Source of the DNA: Eledone cirrhosa
Lineage: Eukaryota
Assembly: GCA_964016885.1 (NCBI GenBank)
Contig: OZ024744.1
Location: forward strand, 93,186,001 to 93,250,000
Length of the DNA: 64,000 nt
Reading direction: 5' to 3'
Position 1 is the first letter of the stretch. Each line of letters begins with the position of its first letter. Shown in pieces: positions 1 to 11,284 of the stretch. Under the pieces are notes generated by a model. It was not told the DNA's origin and searched no databases. It saw nothing but the letters and a program-made list of their open reading frames with translations. Both the position numbers and the translations under genes were made by a program.

Positions 1-1909
1 TATATGTATGTATATTATATTATATATATGTATGTATGTATATTATATTGTTTGTATGTATATTATATTGTTTGTATGTATATTATATTGTTTGTATGTA
101 TATTATATTATATGTATGTATGTATATTATATTATATATATCTATGTATGTATATTATATTATATGTATGTATGTATGTATATTATATTATATGTATGTA
201 TGTATATTATATTATATGTATGTATGTATATTATATTATATGTATGTATGTATATTATATTATATTATATTATATGTATGTATGTATATTATATTATATT
301 ATATTATATAATATATATGTATTTATATTATATATATGTATGTATGTATATTATATTATATTATATATATGTATGTATGTATATTATATTATATTATATA
401 TATGTATGTATGTATATTATATTATATTATATATATGTATGTATGTATATTATATTATATTATATGTATGTATGTATATTATATTATATATATGTATGTA
501 TGTATATTATATTATATATATGTATGTATTTATATTATATTATATATATGTATGTATGTATATTATATTATATATATGTATGTATGTATATTATATATAT
601 ATATGTATGTATGTATATTATATTATATATATGTATGTATGTATATTATATTATATATATGTATGTATGTATATTATATTATATATATGTATGTATGTAT
701 ATTATATATATGTATGTATGTATATTATATATATGTATGTATGTATATTATATATATGTATGTATGTATATTATATATATGTATGTATGTATATTATATA
801 TATGTATGTATATTATATATATGTATGTATGTATATTATATATATGTATGTATGTATATTATATATATGTATGTATGTATATTATATATATGTATGTATG
901 TATATTATATATATGTATGTATGTATATTATATATATGTATGTATGTATATTATATATATGTATGTATGTATATTATATATATGTATGTATGTATATTAT
1001 ATATATGTATGTATGTATATTATATATATGTATGTATGTATATTATATATATGTATGTATGTATATTATATATATGTATGTATGTATATTATATATATGT
1101 ATGTATGTATATTATATATATGTATGTATGTATATTATATATATGTATGTATGTATATTATATATATGTATGTATGTATATTATATATATGTATGTATGT
1201 ATATTATATTATATATATCTATGTATGTATATTATATTATATGTATGTATGTATGTATATTATATTATATGTATGTATGTATATTATATTATATGTATGT
1301 ATGTATATTATATTATATGTATGTATGTATATTATATTATATTATATTATATGTATGTATGTATATTATATTATATTATATTATATAATATATATGTATT
1401 TATATTATATATATGTATGTATGTATATTATATTATATTATATATATGTATGTATGTATATTATATTATATTATATATATGTATGTATGTATATTATATT
1501 ATATTATATGTATGTATGTATATTATATTATATATATGTATGTATGTATATTATATTATATATATGTATGTATTTATATTATATTATATATATGTATGTA
1601 TGTATATTATATTATATATATGTATGTATGTATATTATATATATATATGTATGTATGTATATTATATATATATATGTATGTATGTATATTATATTATATA
1701 TATGTATGTATGTATATTATATTATATATATGTATGTATGTATATTATATTATATATATGTATGTATGTATATTATATATATGTATGTATGTTATATTAT
1801 ATTATATATATGTATGTATGTATATTATAGTATATGTATGTATGTATGTATATTATAGTATATGTATGTATGTATTTTATAGTATATGTATGTATATTAT
1901 ATATATATA
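1..1909. repeat. Compound (TATG)n/(TA)n/(TATAT)n microsatellite
   Basis: Almost purely T/A/G short-period repeat. The long M/Y/V/C/I ORFs here are artefacts of the repeat. Confidence 0.97.
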
Positions 1910-4056
1910 TGAAGGTAGCTTGGAAGTGTCACTACGAAAGGCTACTAAATGAGGAGAATAAATGGGAGAAAGACAGTCTCCCCCACATCGATCCAATAGA
2001 GGGACCAGCAGTGTTAGTCGAGGGTAGTATAATAAGTAAGGCAATCAAAGATATGAAGACAGGCAAGGCGGCTGGGCCTTCGGAAATAGTTGCCGAGATG
2101 CTGAAGGCATCTGGTACGGTGGGACACACCATGGTCACCCGGATAGTAAACCAAGTCATACAGAATGGGGTTGTTCCGAAGGACTGGCGTAGCAGCATCA
2201 TCGTTAACTGTTATAAGGGTAAAGGAGATGCCCTAGCTAGGAGTAACTATAGAGGCATTAAATTAATCGACCAGGTCATGAAGGTCACGGAAAAAGTAAT
2301 AGCGCAACTAATCGGAGAGCGAATTGATCTAGATGAAATGCAGTTCGGGTTTGTGTCAGGAAAAAGTACCACAGACGCTCTTTTGATTGTACGACAACTA
2401 CAGGAGAAGTACGTAGCTAAAAGTAAACCCCTATACTTAGCTTTCGTCGACTTGGAGAAGGCCTTCGACAGAGTCCCCCGTTCCATTATCTGGTGGGCTC
2501 TTAGAAAACTAGGTGTTGATGAATGGCTTGTGAGAGCTATACAAGCCATGTATAAAGAAACAGACAACAAGGTTAGAATTAACAACGAATATAGTGAAGA
2601 GTTTAGTGTAAAAGTTGGTGTTCATCAGGGATCTGTTCTTAGCCCCCTACTATTTATTATTGCCCTCCAGGCTATAACAGTGGAGTTCAAGACCGGCTGC
2701 CCATGGGAACTCCTATACGCAGATGATCTAACGCTCATAGCTGAATCAATGGCCGAGCTAGAGAAGAAATTCCAAACATGGAAGCACGGCCTAGAATCAA
2801 AAGGCCTTAAAATTAACCTGGCTAAGACTAAAGTTCTAGTTTGTAAGAAAGAAAATAAGGCGGCGGTCCCCTCCGGGAAGTGGCCATGCGCAGAGTGTAG
2901 GAAAGGCGTAGGTAGAAATTCCATTTTGTGTCCCAAATGCAAAGTATGGGTGCATAAAAGATGTAGTGGGATCACAGGTAAGCTAACTAAGAAGTTAGAT
3001 TTTACATGTGGGCGGTGCTCTGGTGCAATAAGTAGCAGCGAGTGCCCACAAAATACTAGCTCTTTCAGCTGCGCAGAGGGTTCTATAGAAATAGTGGACA
3101 GCTTCTGTTACCTGGGTGAAAAAATCAGCAGTGGGAGAGGGTGCTCTGAAAGTACAGTAGCTAGAGTCAGAACTGAGTGGAAAAAATTCAGAGAGCTTAT
3201 ACCACTATTAGCCGTTAAAGGGTTCTCCCTAAAAATGAAAGGCAGGTTGTATGATGCCTGCATACGAACAGCAATGTTACATGGCAGTGAGACCTGGGCA
3301 TTGTGTGCAAAGGATATATGCAGACTGAAGAGGAACGAAGCTTGCATGCTCCGCTGGATGTGTAATAGTAATATACGTGAACGGCAAAGCATAAACGAAC
3401 TAAGGGAAAAATTAGAAATAAGAGGGATCAGATGTTGTTTACTCGAGAGAAGACTACGTTGGTATGGTCACGTGACGCGCATGAAAGTCGACAGCTGTAT
3501 AAAAAGTGCAGGGCTATAAAAATAGACGGTAGCCACGGAGTAGGCAGACCCAGAAAAACCTGGGACGACTTGATAAATTCCGACCTCACACACTTACACC
3601 TCTCCAAGACAATGTCACTGGACAGAGATCTTTGGCGCTACACAGTAATAGAGAGACCAGCCTTACCTAAGTACAAAGTGAAACCTACTACAGTCAGTAG
3701 GCACCTCTAACAAAATACACCCCCGTCCCACTACCCCCACCCCATCCATACCACCCCTTTCAATGTAAAGTTATGTTGGTACCACAACATCCAGCCCGAA
3801 ATAAATGAGGTCGTGTAGGTGTCACGACAAAAAAAACACACAGTCCACGCTGTAATGTGGCCGTGTAGGTAACACGGTAAAAACCTCCCAGTTCCACACT
3901 GTAAATGTGGTTGGTGTTAGGAAGGGCATCCAGCTGTAGAAAACCCGCCAGATAGTCCTATGCGAGCAAGACAACCACTCTTGCCTCAAGTGGGAAAACT
4001 CCCGTCCAAACCCATGCAAGCATGGAATATGGACGTTAAACGATGGTGATGATGAC
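1910..4056 (+). mobile_element. 5'-truncated RTE-clade LINE (RT domain, Cys-rich insertion, 3' UTR, (GAT)n tail)
   Basis: ORF 1834-3519 has RT motifs QFGFVSGKSTTDA, FVDLEKAFDRVPR, GVHQGSVLSPLLF, LLYADD and the RTE C-terminus RRLRWYGHV. It continues after a 1-nt frameshift near 3505 as KCRAIKIDG..GRPRKTW. The element ends GGACGTTAAACGATGGTGATGATGA. Confidence 0.95.
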
Positions 4057-4744
4057 ATATATATATATAGACAAACAGTAGGGTATAAATGGAGGAATAT
4101 TTAATTGCTATTTCCAGCAAGTCAATCATATAAAAGCTGCTTTGATGGCTGTCCCATTATGTCCATGTTCTTACCTAAGACTAAGACTACAGCACATTGA
4201 TAGTTCCAATCTGGAACCTTATTTTTTATATTTTCTTCTCCGTCAGTTTTGAAGACAGATATTCTAGTTGTTTGAACAACTGGGATTGTTTTCAACACGC
4301 TGAAATGTGTGTATGTACATATGCATTCATTTATATGTATGAGTATATAAATATAAACATGCAAACACAGACGCACTTACAAAAATACACATTCTGGCAT
4401 ATATTCACACGCACGCACGCACGCACACAGTGTAGTTTTTTCTCCATCCCCTGCCTTCCATTTGCACACAAATACATTCATGCAGGCAGCAGATGTGAAG
4501 AGAGGAGTAGTATGAGGTAGTCAAACTACTCCTCTCTCTTTACGTGTTGTGACAGAATCGCAGAAATTTATATATAGATGGATATTAATGTGCAAGTGGC
4601 TGAGCACTCCAATGTCTTGATTTTGATCAGGAATTGTTGCTTGTAGATTTCAAACAAGCCAACCACAGGTCTACTGTATCTTTGGTGCTGAGTGACTGAT
4701 GCATATACACAAGTGCTTTTTAGAGTTATTAAAATGTACCCTGT

Positions 4745-5165
4745 CCACCCTGTAAAGTGGTAGTGCTGGTACCATGGTAAAATGCACATAGTCCAATCTG
4801 TAAGGTCGTAGTGCTGGTGCCATGATAAAATTCACCTAGTTCACTCTGTAATGTGGTAGTGCTGGTGTCATGATAAAATGCACCTAGTCCACTCTGTAAT
4901 GTGGTAGTGCTGGTGCCATGATAAAATGCACCTAGTCCACTCTGTAATGTGGTAGTGCTGGTACCATGGTAAAATGCACCTAGTCTAATCTGTAAGGTGG
5001 TAGTGCTGGTGCCATGATAAAATGCACCTAGTCCACTCTGTAATGTGGTAGTGCTGGTACCATGGTAAAATGCACCTAGTCTAATCTGTAAGGTGGTAGT
5101 GCTGGTGCCATGATAAAATGCATCTAGTCCACTTTGTAAGATGGTAGTGCTGGTGCCATGGTAAA
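4745..5165 (+). repeat. 48-bp minisatellite (~8-9 copies) related to the RTE 3' UTR
   Basis: Unit GTGGTAGTGCTGGTGCCATGATAAAATGCACCTAGTCCACTCTGTAAT. Copies start at 4901 and 4949. Confidence 0.92.
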
Positions 5166-5291
5166 ATACTGGAAGCCTCTGACGATCATAGGCAATGTTT
5201 TGTTTTTCTTTTTTGTTGTTGTTGTTGTTTTCTGTTTTGTTTTGGTTTTAGAAATATTGTAACCGGGCTAATATCCTAACTATTCAGAACT

Positions 5292-5488
5292 TACCATTTT
5301 TACTTGAATATAAGCCGAGGAATATATGACCAAAAAATCGATGATAGAAGGGGGTTGGCTGATATTCGAGGTCAATATTTTAACGATTTTCAGCAACTTT
5401 AATTTCTCTGTAAATAAGGTTTGGGGATTTTTGCCTATTTCTCAGACATAAAATAGTGGGGTCAGCTTATATTTGAGTATATATGGCA
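5292..5488. mobile_element. MITE, Tc1/mariner-pogo type
   Basis: Imperfect TIRs TACCATTTTTACTTGAATATAAGCCGA ... TCAGCTTATATTTGAGTATATATGGCA. Confidence 0.7.
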
Positions 5489-5577
5489 TATCTTCATGTT
5501 TCTTAATATATTGATTAAATGGTTACATTTCTGGATTGTAATTTTTTTATTGTTTTTGTTTTCTTTTACCATTTTAG

Positions 5578-5652
5578 TGCTGTTGACATTCTAAGACGTG
5601 CATCAGAATCAAATCACATGGAACTTGTTATAACAAGGGATGAGCAAGCTAG
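5578..5652 (+). CDS. STXBP4: STXBP4-like, first exon in window (PDZ domain C-terminus)
   Basis: ttttag| acceptor and AG|gtgagt donor, phase 2-2. Encodes AVDILRRASESNHMELVITRDEQA, a PDZ alphaB-betaF segment. Confidence 0.88.
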
Positions 5653-5664
5653 GTGAGTAGTATC

Positions 5665-6660
5665 ATCGTCACTGCCACCATCATCATCACTGCCATCACC
5701 ACCACCATCACATCATTACCACCACCAACACCATCACCATCATAATTACCATCATTACCACCACCACCACCACCACCACCACCATCTTCATCATCATCTT
5801 CCCCATCACATCATTACCACCATCTTCCCCATCACATCATTACCATCACCCCACCACCATCTTCATTATCTTCACCACCATCACCACCACCATTACCACA
5901 ATTACCATCACCACCACTATCTTCATCATTACCATCACCACCACCATCTTCACCACCATCTTCACCACCACCACCATCTTCACCACCACCACCATCTTCA
6001 CCACCACCATCACCACCACCATCACCACCACCATCACCACCACCATCACCACCACCATCACCACCACCATCACCACCACCATCACCATCACCACCACCAC
6101 CATCACCACCACCATCTTCACCACCTTCACCACCACCATCACCACCACCATCTTCATCACCACCACCATCTTCATCACCACCACCATCTTCACCACCATC
6201 ACCACCACCATCTTCACCACCATCACCACCACCATCTTCACCATCTTTACCACCATCTTTACCACCATCTTTACGACCATCTTTACCACCATCTTTACCA
6301 CCATCTTTACCACCATCTTTACCACCATCTTCACCACCATCTTCACCACCATCTTCACCACCATCTTCACCACCATCTTCACCACCATCTTCACCACCAT
6401 CTTCACCACCATCTTTACCACCATCTTCACCACCATCTTTACCATCTTCACCATCATCATCAACATCATTACCATCACCATCTTCACCACCATCTTCACC
6501 ACCATCATCAACATCATTACCATCACCATCTTCACCACCATCTTTACCACCATCTTCACCACCATCTTCACCATCTTCACCACCATCTTCACCATCTTCA
6601 CCACCATCTTCACCACCATCTTCACCACCATCATCAACATCATTACCATCACCATCATTG
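5665..6660. repeat. (CAC/CAT)n trinucleotide-derived compound microsatellite with a 12-bp CACCACCATCTT block
   Basis: Read directly. It gives rise to the spurious M/V/K ORF 5846-6658. Confidence 0.96.
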
Positions 6661-7179
6661 TTTAACGTCTAATTTTTTCCCCCTGATTGCGTGGATTAGA
6701 CAGGTCAGGTCGTCCATGTTATGATACAAGACTGGTCAGTTGACTGAGCCGTACCTTGCTCAAATGGGACCCTATGTATTTAGAATGGGATTTTTACAGC
6801 CAGATGCCCTTCCTAACACCAACCACATTGGTTCTTCCAATATCTCTCTTTATTTTTTTGCTCTTTCTTCTCTCTCTATTTTGCTCTCTCTTCTCTCTCT
6901 ATTTTGCTCTCTCTTTTTCGCCCTCGCCCTCTTTCTCTCTCTTTCGCTCTCTCTCTTCATGTGTCAGGATTCCATTAAGAGTTAAGGGTCCTTGCCGATG
7001 CTTCTTTTTTTTTTTTTACTTCAGATTTTGAAAGGTCTAAATCCTAATCTTATTTAAGTTTACGTTACCTAAAACAATTAATTTTCAATGTAAATATTTC
7101 ATTCATAATTAAAAAAAAAAAAAAAATTTAAATTGTAATTTTATAATTTATTTTGAAATACTGTCAGCATTTTTTGTGT

Positions 7180-7870
7180 AATAATTGTTTCTACTTTTGG
7201 CACAAAGCCAGTAATTTGAAGGGAAGGGGAAAGTCGATTAAATATCCCCAGTGCATTACTGATACTTTATTTTATCAACCCTAATGGATTTAAACTATAT
7301 GCTGCAAAGCATGTCCAATGGTCTACCAATACTGCCAATCCATCTCCCTCTTATATAATAGTTTCAACCTTTGGTACAAGGCCAGCAATTACCCTAGTGC
7401 ATTACTGGTACTTTATTTTATCAACGCTGGCAATTACTAGTACTTTATTTTATTGACCCCCATAAGGAAGAAAGGCAAAACTATCCTGGGTGAGCTTCGA
7501 ACTCAGTACTTAAAGGGAAATAATCTTTGCTGCACAGCATGTCAGATACTCTACCAATACTGACAATCCACTGCCCTCTTATATATAGTTTCTACTTTTA
7601 GGCACAAGGCCAGCAATTATACCAGTGCATTACTGGTACTTTATTTTATCAACCCCCGTATGGATGAAAGGCAAAGTTAACCCCGGCGGGATTTGAACTC
7701 AAACCGTAAAGGGGTGTAACTCTATGATAATAGTTTCTGATTTTGATACAAGACCAACAGTTTTGGGGGAAAGCAGGTTAAATATACTCCAGTGCATTAC
7801 TGGTACTTTATTTTATCAACCCCCGTAAGAATGAAAGGCAAAGCATGTCCAACAATCTGCCAATCCTCCC
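7180..7870 (-). mobile_element. Tandem cluster of tRNA-derived SINE family A copies
   Basis: Repeated GGCACAAGGCCAGCAATT..CAGTGCATTACTGGTACTTTATTTTATC..GGATGAAAGGCAAAG..GGATTTGAACTC (reverse-complement B box). Confidence 0.88.
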
Positions 7871-7954
7871 TTGAATATGATAATAATAATTAACAAATTT
7901 TAATATAATATCAAAGTTAATTTGTTTTTTGTTTTTTTTTACTCTTTATCTCAG

Positions 7955-8814
7955 CATTGAATTTGTGGAAGTTTTTGATTCTAGTCCAGTGCATTCTGCA
8001 AGTCCACCCAGCAATTTGAATCTCTTCAAGTTTGCTCCAAGCTCACCTGACTATAATAGTAAATACTCTCGAACGCCCTCACCCAGAACACCATCCATCA
8101 CAGAAAACTCAAGGTCAGTTTCACCGCAAACAAATTCACCAAAGAATTCTCCCAGGGCACCAACCTCTTCTGCTAGAGCCACCTCTCCATTTTCCGTAAC
8201 GCCACGGTCATCATCTCCGCAAACAACCTCTCCGGTACCAACTTCTCCGAGAGCCATTTCTCCTCTGGTCACTTCACCGAAAGCTTCCTCGCAGATATCT
8301 TCTCAGAAGGTATTCTTTCAAACATCCGTTTCAAATCCAACATCGCCACCGCCGCCACCTACTCAATTTGCTGCCAACTCTCCACGATCTTCTCCACAAC
8401 TTGGCATGCCAAACCTAAATTCTTCATCACCTGTTCCGTCAGCGACAAATTCTCCACAGCCTGTTTTATTATCTGAAACAAATTCTCAACCTAACCAATC
8501 AAAGTCAAATTCCCCACAGAGTATCTTATCCAAGGGAAATATACCTCACGTGACAACATTAGCAGAGACAGCCCAGGAACTCAATATATCCGAGCCAATA
8601 CCTTTTCAAACTGCTTCTCCTGTCGCGTCATCTCCTCATTGTAACTTAGAAAGACCTAATTCACCTACTGTACCATTACCAAGACCATATTCTCCATCTG
8701 ATATTGGTGCAAATGATATCTTTCCTGTGTTTTCCCAAGCTAATAATACATCAGCTACTTCACCACAAATTACAGCTGCAGTTGCCACGCCTTCACCTGA
8801 AAATCACTCAGATA
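7955..8814 (+). CDS. STXBP4: STXBP4-like, large Ser/Pro/Thr-rich linker exon (860 nt)
   Basis: Polypyrimidine tract plus tcag| acceptor and A|gtaaga donor. Lies inside non-repetitive ORF 7929-8921. Phase 2-1 matches both neighbours. Confidence 0.85.
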
Positions 8815-8899
8815 GTAAGATATATATTTTTAATCTTTCCTTCCTAATTTTCATTCACCAATTTTTATTTTTATTTTTTTTTTGTGAAGATATGCAATT

Positions 8900-9330
8900 T
8901 TATCTCCTTAACATCCTGTAAGGATTTAACAGAAAATACCTCAAAACAGAGTTGTTCAAATGTTTATAGTATCTTTATTAGTGGACAGACTTATGAAAAA
9001 TTACGGTATTATCTCTTAACATCCTGTAATGATTTAGCAGAAAATACCAAAAGAAAGTTGTGAATTCAAATGTTTATAGTATCTTTACCGGTGGACAGAT
9101 TGTGAAAATTTAAAGTATTAGAGTAGAGACCTCAATTTTTAATGTGATGCAGTCATTGTACTATTTTGTAGTTTTCAAGAATTTCTTAATATGGTTTCAT
9201 GTGGTTTGATTCAAAATATTTATAGTATCTTTATTAGTGTACAAATTGTGAAAATTTGCAGTAAACTAATAAACTAAAGACTTTAATCTTTAATATGATG
9301 CAGTCATAGTGCTGCTTTTTACTTTTCAAG
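8900..9330. repeat. Degenerate tandem repeat, unit ~100-150 bp
   Basis: Recurrent TTCAAATGTTTATAGTATCTTTATTAGTGGACAGA..GTGAAAATT. Related sequence occurs at ~27560-27690. Confidence 0.65.
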
Positions 9331-9522
9331 GATGTTAAAAGTTAATCAATTTAAGAAGCACATATTCTCAACTGCCATAAGCTGGTGTGACTTCTCATGG
9401 TCATGTAGTTAGGGTCTTGGGCTAACAATCATTGGGCTGTGGGTTTGATTCCTAATTGTATTTAATGGTTTGGCTGGGGCCCCTATAATAAAAATAAACA
9501 CTTAAGAATCTTATGAGATACC

Positions 9523-9737
9523 TTAACCCTTTAGCATTCACATTACTCTATAAAAACTATTGTATTTTTTGTGGTAAAGGCTTTATCTCGCATTATATCG
9601 AATCTATGAGAATATTATTATTTATTTTGAAAACAATACCTTAACATCTGTAGGAGTGGCCAGTTACGGCCAGTTTGAACAGAAAAAGGTGAGAGAATTC
9701 TGGCTGGATACGGCTGGTTTAAATACTAAAGGATTAA
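9523..9737. mobile_element. piggyBac-type MITE (TTAA-flanked, ~210 bp)
   Basis: TTAA-CCCTTTAGCATT ... AATACTAAAGGA-TTAA. Multi-copy family in this window. Confidence 0.8.
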
Positions 9738-9844
9738 AGGCGGTCAACTAACTTTACATAGGTGTGAGCTGTAAATTTCAATTCTTAGCTAGTATGGTAC
9801 TGGAAAATGTAAATATAACTGTTTTAAGCAACTGTTATTATATC

Positions 9845-10120
9845 CAGCATAGTTACGTCCTTTTATGATCTGAGTTCAAATCCCGCCAAGGTTGACTTTG
9901 CCTTTCATCCTTACGGGGTCGATAAATTAAAGTACCAGTAATGCACTGGGTAATTGCTGGCCTTGTGCCTAAAGTAGAAACAATTATAACAACCTTTATG
10001 GTCTGAGTTCAAAATCCGCCTAGGTTAACTTTGCCTTTCATCCTTACGGGGTAGATAAAATAAAGTACCAGTAATACACTGGGATAATTGCTGGCCTTGT
10101 GCCAAAACTAGAAACAATTA
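9845..10120 (+). mobile_element. Two tandem SINE family A copies
   Basis: GAGTTCAAATCC B box, GCCTTTCATCCTTACGGGGTCGATAAA core and GCTGGCCTTGTGCC..AGAAACAATTA tail, each present twice. Confidence 0.88.
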
Positions 10121-10662
10121 TAACAACCTATAATATTGTGCTTAAGTACATATGTTATGTGGATAGAGGAAGTGTGTTTATTAGAGGGGGTAATGGTGAG
10201 AGGCATAAGAAAGATAACACTACTTACTAATAGTGTTACAGAGTTGAAGGAAGAGGTAAAGAGTATGAGATGAATGCTCAAATGCATACATGCACACACA
10301 TATATTAAGAACTGTCGTAGCTATTAAAGTGGTGCCATTATTGGAAAGGAAATTGGTTAATGGAGTTGGTGATTGTGTGTGTTAGTATAAGCATATTTTA
10401 AGTGATTATATATGGTGTATTACTAAATCCTTCCAAATTCTTGATATTTCACAATTATTTGAAAACCATAAGCAATGTCTTTCATTAGAAAAAATGGTAA
10501 TACATGGGGTTTATCTTTTGATAATATAAACTAACATTCTCTTTCTCTCTCTCAGGTCTTTCAATTTTTCTATTAACCCTCCTCTCAATATATGTTCCTT
10601 TAAAATCTCTCTCTCAATATATGTCCCCCTTAACATTTCAGTAATTATTCTATTTTCACCAG

Positions 10663-10760
10663 ATAATAAATGGGCTTCTGACTATGACTTCCCAGATGCA
10701 TATCAACAAGTTCATAAATATGACAAGCCATTTACCTATGGTATCACGTCTCCAACTGAA
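10663..10760 (+). CDS. STXBP4: STXBP4-like linker exon
   Basis: ttcaccag| acceptor and GAA|gtgagt donor, phase 1-0. Open frame NNKWASDYDFPDAYQQVHKYDKPFTYGITSPTE. Confidence 0.75.
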
Positions 10761-10984
10761 GTGAGTATAATCATCATTGATACTTATTCATTTTTTTTTT
10801 TTTTGCATTTCTTTTTCAAACTTCAACAATATTGGTTGTGTGTATGGTGAGGTAAATAAACATAAACGTATACACCAGGTCTAAACTCAAAGGAACCAAA
10901 CTCCCACTGTCACTGCCTCAGTGTGAGTATATGTCTGTGAAATATATACCAGGTCTAAACACAGAGGAACCAAACTCCCACTCT

Positions 10985-11215
10985 CCCCATCTCTCACTAT
11001 TATGAGCAAATGGAGATCCACACACTGGCCACCCCACGGCCCCAGCGGACAAAATAGAGGCTTTTCCCTGGAGGATGGTGAGGGAGATGCACTGCATAAG
11101 CCATTCCAGCTCGTGAGGTTCATACCTGCAGGTATCCAACTCTGTGCTGAGGTGGTAGTTAGGGATGCGGCCCTAGGGCTAAGGATACCAGAACCTCCAC
11201 TGCTAATATTGGCTA
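10985..11215 (-). mobile_element. 3' fragment of CRE-clade (RLE endonuclease) non-LTR retrotransposon
   Basis: Frameshifted translation GILSPRAASL...EPHELEWLMQCISLTILQGKASIL. Homologous to 46130-46440. Confidence 0.72.
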
Positions 11216-11284
11216 TTGTTAAAGTCTGCTTGTGATATTTTTTTTTTGGGGGGGGGGGGGGTACTGATGTTGCCTGACCCTTTG

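Noticed and set aside
4-1858. 600-aa ORFs of M/Y/V/C/I residues
   Set aside because: Translation of a TA/TATG microsatellite that lacks stops by composition.
5846-6658. 270-aa M/V/K ORF
   Set aside because: Reverse translation of an intronic CAC/CAT microsatellite.
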